Source of the DNA: Isurus oxyrinchus
Lineage: Eukaryota
Length of the DNA stretch: 64,000 nt
Direction: 5' to 3'
Assembly (NCBI GenBank): GCA_026770705.1
Contig: JANJGN010000038.1
Location: forward strand, 2,542,001-2,606,000
Each line of letters opens with the position of its first letter. Position 1 is the first letter of the stretch. Below are positions 15,745-29,440 of the stretch, one piece after another. The notes under the pieces are model-generated. The model was not told where the DNA came from. It did not search any database and saw only the letters and a list, made by a program, of their open reading frames with translations. The translations under genes and the position numbers were made by a program.

Positions 15745-16235
15745 GGCGATGGTAATGTCATCTCAGTCTTAGGGAATAGCAGCATCGAGGTAAATTAACT
15801 GGGTAATACAGAGAAGATCAGAAATGCTCCAGGGACATGATTTAAACGCCACGATGGCAGCTGGCGGGATTTCCATTCATTTTATTCACTAAAACCGAAA
15901 CTGGAATAAAATTACTCATTGCATTAATAATCGAACAATCTCATTGTCATGAATTTGCAACTGGTTCACTAATGTCATTCGGGGAGGAAATCTTACCCTT
16001 ACCAGCCTGGCCTACGTGAGGCTGGAGCCCCACAACAACGTGGTTGACTCTTAACGGCCCTTGGAATGGTCCAGAAGACCATTTAGTTGGGTCAAAGCAC
16101 TTCTTGGAAAGTCAAATAAGAGGCGCACGGCACAAACTGCAGCTGTTGAAGGTGTCGGCTCCCCGCCACCTTCTCAAGGGTACTAATTGCAGGACAGTTA
16201 AGGCTGGCCTTGTTTTCGACGTTCACAACAAAAAA
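15745..16235 (+). mobile_element. Decayed shark SINE-like interspersed repeat with a LINE-derived tail
   Basis: Its CCACCTTCTCAAGGG...GCTGGCCTT tail matches the LINE 3' ends at 52.6-53.07 and 61.4-61.76 kb. A related body lies in reverse at ~19.85-20.5 kb. Family assignment is from recall. Confidence 0.5.
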
Positions 16236-19200
16236 CAAATAAAAACAACGGTCAAAGCTTTGTAAACTATTACGGATGCTCTCAATGTAAAGTAAGGCCA
16301 GAAAATCTGGAAACACTCAGCATCATTCTCCGCTGACACTATTTTACAGCTCAGGGGTATCCTGGACCAATACCTAATGCACAACTAACATCACTAATAA
16401 ACAGGTGATCTGGGCTTTTATTACATCTCTGTTGGTGGGAGCTTCCTGTGCACAAATTGCCTCCTGTAGTTCTAACGTGACACAAGAGATTATAATTCGA
16501 AATAAGGTACATCAATGAGGTTAATGAGGTATGTGATTTTGGACCTCCTCAGATGGTGCAATGTGCTGTATAAACACCGAGTTTTTACTAAAAGTGAACA
16601 TGTCAAAACAGATGTGGTGCTGTGTTAGAAAGTCTGAGAAGAATGTGATTAACGGTCATTTCTCTGTTCATTATTTAAACATGTTTATGTAAAAGGGGTT
16701 CATCCTTTCACCAATCGATATTCAGCGGAATAACAGGCTGCTCAGAAATGCTTAATTGATTTAAGCAGCAGAATTTCCAGAAACATTTTTTCTTAAATTT
16801 AATGGCTTCTTTTGTTTAAAATAAATAACATCTGTACCAATTGGTTTTCTGAAAATTGTGTTCAATTCTTATACCATCTGTGAATATTCTTAAAATAAAC
16901 TTGTTTTGCGCTGAACATAATCGATAAGTGACTGTTGATCTGATTCTGCTGCCATGAACACCACTTTGAAACTAGTGAGGCGGTTATGTAAATAAACACA
17001 GAAATAGACGCTTCAGAATAGAATATTGAGCGTCGGAAATACAATAGATGTTTCCCCACCAGCAGAGCATGGAAATAACAACAGAGAGAAATGCAAATCA
17101 CACAAAGGATTCCAGTAATGATTGATAGTTGGAAGATTTCTATAAGTTATGTGATAACAATATAAAGATGTTTTTTGTGTTCAAGACTGGCGAAGCGTCC
17201 TTTGATCCGGTATACAGCAGCATTGAAAATGTGTTTGCGGAGTTTCCTGCATTCTATCCCGCTCTGTCTCCCTTTCTCCCCTATCCCGGGCGTGTCTGGC
17301 CTCTCATTAATTTGTCAGCGTCTGTAACTCATAACGTGAAGTCAGTATCTTATCAAAGATTAATCTCACCCCTATTCATTGACTTTTAACGAAATAGATG
17401 GATGTTCACAGAAGGAACTTAACTCTAAAATGTGTCTGGTTCACTTAACAACATGGGAGTATTTAATGGGACAGTCTAAAGGGAGCACTCCTCTGCAAAT
17501 TAACATTCCTATGTCTTCCTGTGAATGGTATATGGGAAATTGTAGAGGGATCTTTTTTCTGCATCTGATACTGCTGCACCATTCGTGGGAGCATTCGATC
17601 GAATCATGTAGAGGGACCTTTGTCTATCCAGCGCTATACATGTCCTGAGAATGTTTGGTGGGATAGTTTAGAGAGACCTTTACTCTGCCTCACCCAGGAA
17701 TTTACCAATGTAGAGGTAGCTTTACTCTGCGTCTGAACTGTCCCGTGTCTATCCTTAGGAGTGTGTAATAGTGTTTCGGACTCAGTGCATGAAATGGTGT
17801 TCTGGACCGAATCCCTCATCACATGTCAAAATATATTTGGATGTTCACTTGAAGTACTGTAGCCTCAAGGGCCCTGGCACAAAAGCTAGGAAGTGGGATT
17901 AGACTTGATAGATCATTTCAGGCCATTATGGTTAGGGTGTGCACAATGGCCTGTTTCTGTGCTGCAGAAATCTATGATTTTCAGATCCTATGAAGTGCGT
18001 TGAGGTCTCAGAAAGTGTACAGAGGAAGGTAATGAGTTTGTTAACAAGGATCAGGGTCTTTAGTAACAACAATCAATTGGACAAATTGGCAGCATTCTGC
18101 TTGTGATAAAGAAGATTAAGCAGAAACCTAAACGCTTTTTCCAAGATGATGAGAGGTTTGAAAGAGAATTAGCAGAGAACATCAGTTCCTTCTGTTCATT
18201 GTGTCAATATCCAGTGATCATAGCTTCAGAACAAATGTATATATTGGCAGATTTGTAAAAGGGCGATGAAGAGAAATATTTCGCCAGCAACTGGTTCCCT
18301 TTATATTACACCAGATCCTGCCTCAATTATTACTCTTTGAGTTCAAGTCACAGTTCTGGTTTTGCTGAAACCTGTGAAATTTATGGATGCATAATCTGGT
18401 ATTTGTATTTTTATTACACTAGGCTCTGACACAATTAACTCTGTGCTAATCAAGCCTCTGTTTCAGGCCGGCCCCCAAATCTGTTATTAGTCCATTAGAG
18501 CATTTCGCTATTTATATTATATAACGCTCTGTTTCAGTTATTAGTTAACCATACACCATGTCTCTATATGTCGCACTCGACCACGTCTCAGTTATTACTA
18601 TACTAGAACATGTATATGTTAATATAACCCTGGATCCTGTCTCTGTTGTTACTGCACTGGAACTTGTCTCCATTTATGTTTTACATAATTGTTTCTGTTA
18701 AAATTGTACTGGAAGATATATCTCTTTATATTTTACAGTGGGCCCTTTCTCAGTTATTACTGCCCTATACCATGTTTCTGTTAAGCTAACACTTTACCCA
18801 CGCCAGTAAACATTGAATTATATCATGGCAAACGTATTGGAAACTGGTGAGGAAATAGTGAAGTTAACGCGCAGCACAAAACAATGGAAACAGAAACAAT
18901 TTTTTTTTATTGAATTTCATTGAGAATGGAAAGTGTTACATTCCATTCCAAGTGAGAGAGTTACAGATTTATTACGCTCACGTTAGGTGTAGGTACAGTT
19001 TCATTTTCACCGCCTCTTGCACAGATCATCACACACTCCAGTGACGCACAAGTGATCACTTGTCAACAAACAGAGAAAATGGTGGGTAGATGTCCTTTAT
19101 TCTCCATGTGATTTAATCCACTTTCGAACTGAATTCTGAGCGCAGCTAAACTCACTTTGGAATCTAAATAGGCATTTTCCACACAAGAACTTGAAAAAGA

Positions 19201-21052
19201 CGTCCGCATCAAGAAATGTTAACGATAATAGATGATCTGAAATTGCTGGATGGATGGTTCGAAATATAGATAGATAGACTGACAGCCAAACAGACAGGTA
19301 CGCAGCTAGATGGCTTGACAGATAGAGAGACTGAGATACACAACATCTAGCGTAATATATACAGTTTAATGCTAAATAACCTTTTCGGTGGCTCATATGA
19401 TACAAACAGGGAGATGGTCTTGTATAATGTGAAGAGATGTATGCATCAGTGCAATTACTTACTCCAACAGGGCCTAGTGTAAAACACGAATTGAGACTAG
19501 GTCTTTTGCACTGCGATCTGAGACAGAGTCCTGTGTAATTTTAAGGAAGGCATAACCCAGTCGTTATGTATCAGCACCTTTCATGGTCTTAGATACCTCG
19601 ATCAAAGCCCCTCTTAACACCCTCTATTCTAAGGAAAACGATTGAAGATCTCCAAGGTCTAGTAACATTCGGATCAATCTCCTCTTCATCCTCTCTGCGA
19701 CCTTCAAATGCTTTATAAAACAGAGTTCCTGGAATAATTATGTACAATATACATGGAAACACAGTAGGGAGTACTTTAACAAATGTTGTTTTTAATCATT
19801 CACTAGGCTGAAGTATTTATTTATCTCTATTCATCCAGGAGATGTGAGCATCTCTGACACGGCCAGCATTTCCCCCCATGCTCCGCTGTCCTGGAACTGA
19901 ATATCTGGCTAGACATTTTCAGAGTCGGAGGATAGTTAAGAGTGAACCACGTGCTGTGGGCCTGGAGTCACATTTAGGCCAGACTGGGGAAGGATGCATA
20001 TTTACTTCACCGAATGTTCATTAGTGAATCAGATGCGTTTATAACAATAAAAATTGTAACGATCCAGTTCCATTTCCGTTTTTTTATTCATTCATGGGAT
20101 TTGTGCGTTTCCAGCTGAACCAACATTCAATAGCCAAACACAATTGCCCTTGAGAAGGTGTTAGTGAGCAAACCTCTTGTACTGCTGCGGTCCACGTGTT
20201 GTAGGGACACCCACAGTGCTTCTAGGAAGGGAGTTGTATGATTTGGACCCAAGGATAGTGAAGAAACAGGGACTTTCCATTGTTGTTCCTGTGCTTCTGC
20301 TGCCCTTGTTGCCCGGAGAATTGGGGAATATTCCACCACACTCCTGACATGTGCCTTGTAGTTTGTGGACAGGTATTTGCAGAATTCCCAGCTTCCGAAC
20401 GGCTCTTGTCTCAATCGCATTTAAATTCCTCCAGCTGCTGTGGTGGGATTTGAATTCATGTCCCCAGAAGATGAGTCTGGACCTCTGGGCTAGTGATGAG
20501 CACTTGGGACGCTATAACATTCAAGGCTATGGGCCAAGTGCTGGTAAATAGGATTAGGTAGGTAGGTAGGTCAAGTGTTTCTCAAGTGCTGGTGCAGACT
20601 CGATGGGCCGAAGGGCCTCTTCTGCACTGTGATTCTGTGAATCTGTGGCAGAGCTACAGCCAGGTCGTGCCTGAGTTAGAGTCCAGTGTAATGTAACCAG
20701 AGATAGGGCCTGGTATAATTTAAATGGTAAGTTGCTCCAGTGCAGTAATAACTGAAACAGAGCCTGGTTAAAATAAACTTCAACATGGTCCAGTACATTA
20801 AAAACAGGGACAAGTTCTATGAAATATAAACATAAACAATATAGCGCATCAATAACTGAGAAACTGCCTTATGTAACACAAACAGATATTATATGAGGTC
20901 AAATTTCAACAAAGCTTTTTGGAATTTAAACTTAGTTAATTTTGTACATCTGAACTATTAAAAATGCCCTCAATATCAGTAATGGGAAACGTGCATCTCC
21001 CAGACTCATCAAAACACAGCTGACATATAAAGGTACGTTTCGGAAATACATT

Positions 21053-21142
21053 CCCACCCCCCCCTCCCCCCCCACCCCCCCCCCCACCCCCCCCCACCCC
21101 CACCCCCCCCCACCACCCCCCCACCCCCACCCCCCCACCACC
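21053..21142. repeat. Poly-C/(C)nA tract (G-rich on the minus strand)
   Basis: About 90 bp of C runs interrupted by single As. Confidence 0.95.
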
Positions 21143-21424
21143 TTACATGTTTTTTTTCCCAAAGGGACTCCAGATAAAGAGCAAGGTGGTTAACTTTGAA
21201 TCTCCCTCTAAACATTCTCCGTGTGCAGTCATTTTTATTAAACGGCCACGAGAATCATCGACCTGAGCACAGTCAGTAAAGCCAGACGGCATCAACCGAG
21301 GCACAGGCAAAGACACAGACAGTCCAATTAACTGTATAAAATTCTCTGAACGATCTTCTGTGGACATCTCCCACAGCTGAGAAACACGGAACGCAGGCCA
21401 GCGGAAACACAAGAAGAACAACAA

Positions 21425-22195
21425 CAAAGAACAAAGAAAAGTACAGCACAGGAACAGGCCCTTCGGCCCTCCAAGCCTGTGCCCATCATATTGCCCGTCA
21501 ACTAAAACATTTTGTACTTCCGGGGTCCATATCCCTCTCTTCCCATTCTATTCATGTATTTGTCAAGCTGCCTCTTAAACCCCACTATCGTACCTGTTTC
21601 CACCACCTCCTCTGGCAGCGAATTCCAGACACTCACTACACTCTGCATAAAGAACTTGCCCCGTACATCTCTGTAGTTTTCTCCTCTCACCTTAAATCTA
21701 TGTCCCCTAGTAATTGAATCTCCCACCCTGGGAAAAATATTCTGACTATCTACTCTGTCCATGCCACTCATAATTTTGTAAATTTCTATCAAGCCGCCCC
21801 TCAATCTCAGTCCCTCCAGTCAGAACAATCAGAGTTTCTCCAACCTCTCCTCATACCTAATAACCTCCAGATCAGGCAGCATCCTGGTAAACCTCCTCTG
21901 CACCCTCTCCAATGCCTCCATATCCTTCTGGTAATGTGGCGACCAGAATTGCACGCAATATTCCAAGTGTAGGCTAACCAAGGTTCTATACAGCTGCAGC
22001 ATGATTTCCCAGCTTTTATACTCAATACCCCTGCCAATGAAGGCAAGCTTGCCATATGCCTTCCTGACTACCTTATCCACCTGCGTTGCCACTTCCAGTG
22101 ACCTGTGGACCTGTTTACCCAGATCCCTCTGCCTGTCGATGCACTTAAGGGTTCTGCCATTTACTGTATAATTCCTGCCTGTATTAGACCTTACA
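21425..22195 (-). mobile_element. 5'-truncated CR1-type LINE (ORF2 C-terminus plus 3' UTR)
   Basis: Minus-strand ORF fragments LYRTLVSLHLEYCVQFWSPHY, ALERVQRRFTRM and RGGLIEIYKIM...TRGHRFK. The CR1 3' stem GGGCCGAAGGGCCTGTTCCTGTGCTGTA is followed by a short tandem tail. Confidence 0.9.
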
Positions 22196-22199
22196 AACT

Positions 22200-24310
22200 A
22201 AACACCCGCCTGACATAATCATGCTCAATGTTAATACCTTCCCACCAATATCCCCACGCCTGATTGACCCACCAGTGATGGCGGGATATTAGTCGGGAAG
22301 GAGCGCCCCTGGGGGTCCTCAATATTGACTCCAGGAGTCATGAATACTCCTGGCATCAGAACAGGCAACAGTGGAAAATCTCCTTTCTAATTCGAGTTAT
22401 TTCCCCATCTCAACTAATGAATCAGCGGGTCTCCATGTTGAACACAATTCTGGTGAAACCCTGAGAGCAGAAAAGGAAATGGAACTTCAATGCACATCAG
22501 GAAGAATGGCTCGATACCAATACTGACTGAGCTGGCCGAGTCACGAAGGACATATCTACCAGACCGTGCCCCTGTAAGGTGTTGCGAGAACACAAGGAGA
22601 AAACTTACTTGAGAGGGCGCTCATTACTCTACCTGGCACAGATACATCTCTCCACGTCAGTATTGATGAGAGTGTCCATCGCACTTTTCTTTTGGATACA
22701 AAGACCCATCTTCAGACTGAGAGTACCACCCGCGATGTTGTGTGGCATAATCATCGTGCTAAATGTGATAGATTTGAAGAATATTTGGCAATTAAAACCG
22801 TGCGTCAGTGAGGCCATTAGCTTGAGCAACATTCTCATCCCCCCACAATATGCACGTCATGGGATGTATAACCCTCACTCTACCATTAGGATGAAGCCAG
22901 GGGATCAACGGTTGTTCAGTGATGAATTTAGAGCAGTAGACCAGATGCAGCAACAAGAAGATCTAAAAATGGGGTGTCAGCCTGATCAAGCTGTAACATG
23001 GTGAAAAATTGCTGAACAAACCCAATGTGGCCCATTGACCCTCAATCATTGTACTCTCAGCCAGCAGCAACCTGATGGAAGGTGTCATTGACGGAGCAAT
23101 CAAACAGCAGCTCATCAGCAACAAGCTGCTCAACAATGCTCAGTTTAGGTTTCACAAGGGCCTTTCAGTTCCCGACTACATCACGTTGTTGATTTGAACA
23201 AAGGCAAACAGCTAAAGTTCTAATATGAGAGTGAATGCCCTTGACATCAAGGTAGTATTTGACACATTGTGGCGCCAAGGAGCATTAGCAACATTGCAGT
23301 CAATGGCAATCTGGGGGAAACTCATTGGAGTCATACCTAGCACAAATGAAAATGATTGCTGTTGCTGGAGGCCAAAAACCCCACACCAGAGCATCGCTCT
23401 CGGACTTCCTCAGGAAAGTGTCCTAGGCCCAGCCATCCTCAGTTGCTTCATCAATGACCTTATTTCCATAATCTTGTCAGAAGTAGCGATGTTCATGAAT
23501 GTTGGCACAATTTTCAGCATCATTCACGTTGCTTCAGATACTGAAGCCGTTCATGCCTCCATGCAGAAAAAAAAACATTTGGACAATATTAAACCTTTGG
23601 CTGGTGAGTGGAAAGTGACATAACGTGTTACAAGTGCCAGGCAGTGACCATCTCTATCAAGAGAGAATCTAACCATCTCCCGTTGTCATTCATTGACATT
23701 ACCATCGCAGAATCCAACACCAGCAACACTGTGGGGGCCACAGCAGTAAATTAAGTTAACTGAACCAGCAACATATATGAAGAATCTAGAAAAGGTCAGA
23801 GGCAGCACATTGTATGGCGAGCGAAGCACCTCATGTTTCTCCACAATCTGTCCACAATGTCCATGCAATTTTTAGGAAAGTAATTGAATATCTCAGCTTG
23901 CCTGGATCAGGGAAGTTCCAACAAAACACTTGCCGAGCAGGCCCGAGAAACCACATTGTCTTCTCCTAATACTATTTCTTATATTCGGAAGAAGGAAGAC
24001 ACCATGTAGGAAAAATCGTCGCGCCTGATTGGCCACCCCATCCGGCGTTTATAAATCCATTCCCTCCAGCACCACTGCACAAACACAGCAGTGTGCACCA
24101 TCTACGAAATACACAGTGGCAACTCGCCAACTGTTCTTTGACAGCCCGTGCAAGCCCCTGACTACTAACATCTAGAGGATCAAGTGTGACAGACCCATGG
24201 AAAGACCTAGAAGTTCCCCTCAAGGCCAAACACCACATTGGCGTGAAAATATGTTGTTATTTCTTCACTGTCGCTGGGTCAAAACCCTGAAACCCCTATT
24301 TTACAGCAAT
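22200..24310 (+). mobile_element. Decayed LINE (CR1/L2 clade) RT region and 3' end
   Basis: ORF 23225-23623 has degenerate RT motifs ALDIKVVFDTLW and GLPQESVLGPAILSCFINDL. The 3' part (24040-24310) matches the copies at 52.6-53.07 and 61.4-61.76 kb. Confidence 0.75.
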
Positions 24311-24319
24311 GAATCATAG

Positions 24320-26200
24320 GGTCATAGAAATCCACAATACGGAAGAGGGACATTCGTCCCAGAGAACAAGCAGTAATCAGCCTTGTCAACTTTCCAGCTC
24401 TTGGTCTGTAACCTTTTAGGTTGTTTCACTTCAAGTTCTTACAACCCTTTCACATCATGAGTTTTAGATTCCCATCATCCTTTGGGTGAAAACATTTGCC
24501 GTGACCTATTTACTCTAGAATGAAGGGGTTGACAGTACTTTAGCCAGATTTGCTGATGATACCAAAATGGAAAAGGAACCAGGTTCTGAGGAGGACACTA
24601 AGAGGCCACAATGACATATTGGTAAGCTGAGTGATTGTGCTGAAATTTGGCACATGGAATATAAGGTTGGAAAAATATGAGTTTGACTAATTTTGCCGGA
24701 TAAGTCGAAAGGCAACATGTTATTGACTGCAGAATTTTTCGGTGCAGAGAGAACTGCGTGTGTTTGTACACGGATCACACAAAGCATGCGGGCACAGCAA
24801 GGAGTTAGGAAGGCAAAGAAAATAACCTCTTTTATGCAGCATTGTGTTACCTCAGCTTCCTTTGTTCAAAAGTAAACAAACCTAACCTATCCTCCCAAAT
24901 AGCAATCCTCCTGCAGTCGAGGCAATGTCGTCATAAATCTCCGCTGTAACGTTTCTAGCCCAATCAAATCTTTCATATTGTTCCTGGCCCAGGGCTGCAC
25001 CGAACACTCTAACTCGGGCCTAACTATTGTTTTACACAGTTCCAGCAGGACGTCTCAACTCGTATATTCTATGCCTCGGAGAATAAAGGCAAGAATCCCA
25101 TCTGTTTCTTGATCAATTTATCTACCTGTCAAGGCACCTTTACGAATATCTGCATTCGATAGTCCCACTTTACTTCTCAGTGTCGTATCATTCGTGAATC
25201 AGTGGCAGTCACTATCTCAGAATGCGCTGGATGCCGGGGTGCTAAATAAATTTAAGGATGAGAAAGACAGATTTTTAATTAGTAATGGGTTGAAAGGTTA
25301 CAGGGAGAGGATAGGAAATTGGAGTTGAGGCCGAAATGAGATCAGTCATGATCGTAATGAATAGCGGGGCAGGCTCGGTGGGCGGAATTGCCAACTCTTG
25401 CTCCTAGTTCTTATGTTTTATTTACTGTTTATTACTTTATCTTGTTAGCTTTCCTTAAATGCACTACCTTGCAAACATCTCTAAGCCATTCTTATGTCTA
25501 CCTGACTGGTCGATTTCCTGCAGTATACAGCTTTTTGCTCAATTCTTAATCACACAGCCAATTTGTGTGTCATCTAAAGCCTTCTTAATCATGCTCTTTT
25601 CAGTCATGTGCAAGTAATTGATATATGCAAGAAAAGGCAAGTGTCCTATTACTAAGGCCTGGGGGATACCACTCCCGTTTACAGAAACACCCCGTGTCAT
25701 TTACCGTTTGCTTCCTGGCATTGAACCAATTTTGGATTTACCTCGCCGCTTTGCCCTGGATCACATTGGCTTTTAATTTCAGAACCGCTCTGCCATGTAG
25801 AACCTGGTCATTTTAAAATCCATATACACTACATCGAATGCATTGTATCCATCGGCACTCCTTATTATACCTTCAAAACATTTATGCATAATAGTCAGAC
25901 TCGCCCTTCGTTTAACAAATTCTTGCTGTCCAGCTTTGCTTACTCAGTGTCATTCTAAATGTCTCTTAGAATGTTCTCTTTCCAAAACTATTCCCTGCTC
26001 CAAGATTATATTCAGTGTCCTGTAATTACTCAGTCTTATACCTTTCTGCGTTTTGAACAAGCGCACAACGTTAGCTGTCCTGTCGCCCTGTCTCAGTGCC
26101 TGAAGTTGCAAAGGATTATAAAGTCATGGTCATTCCTATGCCGAGGGTACAATTCTGGCGAGCCTTGACATTTATGCATTTTAAAAGGTATTAAACCGCT
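24320..26200. mobile_element. Nested, decayed CR1 fragments in both orientations
   Basis: FADDTK motif (TTTGCTGATGATACCAAA, ~24550, +), a CR1-like 3' end at ~25200-25415 (+), and reverse RT remnants (GTGTCATCT, GGGGATACCACT) at 25560-26100. Confidence 0.6.
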
Positions 26201-28017
26201 TGATACTTTCAAAATGGTGGCAATTCGCCATTTCTAAAGGGGAATTGGGAGTCGGTAGAGATGTTTGACTTAACAACTATTCCAAATCAGTCGATAATAA
26301 ATAAGTAAAACATTAGAGACTGTCTAATGTAATATAAACCATCCATGCCCATCCCTACATTACGCTAGGCCCCTTTTCAGTCATTGCCGCCTGAGGCAGT
26401 GCTGGTTTGGTATGATTCAGGCAAACCAACTTACACTGTTACCCGGTGGCCAATCGTTGCCATTACTGCTATCGTGAAAATGTCGATGTTCGTACTGTTG
26501 TTGATAGAAACGTATCAACAAACAAATTTGCGCTTACATTCTGCTCAACACATTTTTAATGAAAGGGAATTAAATGCTGTGAAAATAACTGAAGAAGCAA
26601 ATCCACATTTGTGGATGTAACTTGCAAACATTAGGAATGATGTGTTTTGTATGATCACACTCACAGACACAAATAGACGCAGATACATATGTTCAGGCTC
26701 GGTCACGCAACCAGTAGCCACGGAAAACGTGAATGTAAAGGCCCTCAGGAGAAACATTCCTTAACATTAAAACACGGTGTACAATAGCCACAGCAGAGAT
26801 TTCCACTAACAGTATAAACTGCAGTGCGCTCTGGCTCACCTTTCCTTCTGCCCCTCAATCCAGTTCAAATTTCCGAGATTGTCATAAGATTCGACCAGAA
26901 CTTTCAACAAAACTGTGACATAACACCAGAGCAATGAGAAATTGTACACAGCTCCTGATGGCTGTGATCAAGACTAAACGTATTTTTCCAACAAAAAAAT
27001 CCATCTTACCACCCAGTCAAATATATGTTCTTTAATTATTATGAAACATACCTCTCCCTTCCTCCTAATATTTATCTAAAACAGAAAACAATACAGTACC
27101 ACAATTACTAACATTGGGAATAGATTAATTTAAACAGAGTGTTCAGTGCTGTCATAACAGAAAATGGGCCTTATTTAACATAAACAGCAATAAGGACTCC
27201 TGCACTCTGAGCAGTCTGGTGCATGAATAACTACGGCAGACCCCGTCGAATATGAGCAGGGAGATGGCCTCATGCAATTTAAAGGTGGGCATAAAATAGT
27301 GCAGAAATAAAGGAGAAAGGGTCTAGTGTAATATAAATAAGGACATGGATGAGTGCAATATAACCAGACACATGCTTCAGTGCAGCAATAACTGAAGAAG
27401 GGCCTAGTGTAAAGGATGGAGTTTATTGCACTAATGTCCGTGACTGGACCCAGAATAATATGGACTAAGACATGGTCAGGTTATGACCTTGCAAAACCCT
27501 TCAGAAACTTGAACACTTCTTTCAAAACATCTCATCTTTCTCTGCACTAGGATGCTATTTCTGTCGCTTTTCCACATAACGAAGACCCTCACCCCGTTCT
27601 GGTAATACCTTCGACAGCATTTTCAGAACCCGAGAGCTCTGCGACATAGAAGGACAAGGACAACAGGTGACTGGGAGCACAAACACCTGCTAGTGCCGCT
27701 CCAAGTCACGCAGAGTATCCTGATTTGGAAATATAGATTTTTTCCTTCGTTGTTATTGAGTCAAAACCCCAGAGCTCCCCTCCCACCAGCACTATTTTTG
27801 GATTTGAAACACACACAAGGCGGCTCACCAACACATTCTCCAGTGCAATTAGGTATGGCTAGTAAATGTCGGCCTTGACAGAAATGTCAAAATCTGAGAA
27901 CGGAGTAGAACTAGCAATAACTGAGTGAAGGTCTGCTGTGGTATAAACATAGACATGCTATGGAGCAGTAATAATTGAGGCAGTGTATGTATGTTTTCAA
28001 GGAAGCAATCGCGCTAG

Positions 28018-28034
28018 CACTGCCATCTGATGGC
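28018..28034 (-). promoter_or_regulatory. CTCF-like motif 4 kb upstream of the V gene
   Basis: The minus strand reads CCATCAGATGGCAGTG against the consensus CCASYAGRKGGCRS. Motif match only. Confidence 0.4.
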
Positions 28035-28859
28035 GAAAGATTGTCATTGATGTTACTGTAAAATGCCTTTATCAGTTATTGTTTCTCATATTAGCGCATC
28101 TGAAAAAAAGCTACAAAGATATACAAGATCATTACATTCTACAGGGGGTGGCAAAGGATAAAAAAATGCAAAGAATTCCATCTGAGTGAAGCTTTGTTGT
28201 GCAAAGAAACATTAGCAAAAGGACAAAGTGGTTCAAACCCTGTTAATTTATATTAATGTATATTTATTGGCGTTAATTGAAGGGAGGAATTTTGATCAGG
28301 GACTGTGTGTGTGTGTGCGCGCGCGTGTGTGTACGTCTGTGTTTGTCTGACTGTATCTCTGTGTGTCTGTTTGTTTACTTGTGTGCCTGTGCTTGTTTGT
28401 CTAAACACATCTATCATAATGTTTTTATGCGAATTCTGCAAAGGTAAATTATTATGTTTTCCTGTTATGACCCAATATTCTACTCCCTTTGATTAAAAGT
28501 ATAATTTTAGGTCCTGTAATAGCCTTAATGTGCATTGATTATCCATTTATTTTGTGCTCATATTTAGATCGCATTGTCCCACCGACCATTCCGTTACCAA
28601 GGCAATGTCTGTCTGTCCTCAGAAATCATTTGGAAAGATGATTAAATCGGAGCATGCATAACGTGTATGAACACATTGTTCTTTGTGACAGATTGCTAGT
28701 TGATCATCAGCGCATAACACGGGACCCTGTAATGATTTCGGCACATTGCAGTAAAAGTGAGAATCTCACTATACTTGAACTGAGATTAATAAAACAGTAA
28801 TTCTCCTGACGTATTATTTCCTTCAGTCAGAAAGAAATCGAATTATATCCAAAAACAAT

Positions 28860-29440
28860 TTGCAACAATATAGCACCTTTAAAGTCGTAAATTGCTCCAA
28901 GCTGACTCACAAGACCATGAACAGACCAGGCTTGACACCGAGTCACATAAGGAGACACAAGGGCAGATGACCATACATTAGGTCAACGATGTAACTTTTA
29001 GCGAGGAAATTAAAGGTGGAGAGAGGGAAAAGGGATTTATGAGTGAATTCCATGGCTTAGGGCCAAGGCAGTAGGCAACAAGTGATAAAATTCACGGATG
29101 CAAAAGATTTGAGAATTCGAGGAGGGAAGGGCTCTCGGAGGGCTATTAGGCTGAAGGAGCTGATAGGGATGGGGATGTTGGTAGTGGGGGCGGAGGCAGA
29201 GGTGGTGGAGGCCATGGAGGGAGTTTAACAACTGTGATAATCTTATTACTGATGCATTCCTTAATCAAGAGCCGATTTTTATCAGGGACAACGGGGTTGA
29301 CGGGCCAACGGGACTTGTGTGCATTAGGGTATGGGCAACAGCATTTGGCTTGAGCTCCTATTTATGGATGGTGGACTCTGAGAGGATGGTCAGGAAGCCA
29401 TTGGAATATTCAGGTCTAGAGGTGACAAAGGGATGGATGG
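28860..29440 (-). mobile_element. Decayed L2-like LINE 3' fragment
   Basis: ATATAGCACCTTTA terminal motif and a purine-rich + strand body typical of reversed L2-type remnants. Recognised from recall only. Confidence 0.4.

Noticed and set aside
16700-17110. Possible decayed leader plus V-set exon on the minus strand (hydrophobic LHFSLLLFPCSAG|GT, 88-bp intron-like gap, HRWYK, YSAEYRL; octamer ATGCAAAT at 17091)
   Set aside because: No ATG, no canonical Cys pair in a consistent frame and no RSS; not distinguishable from chance without a search.
20932-21215. Gly-rich ORFs
   Set aside because: They are translations of the poly-C/G tract.
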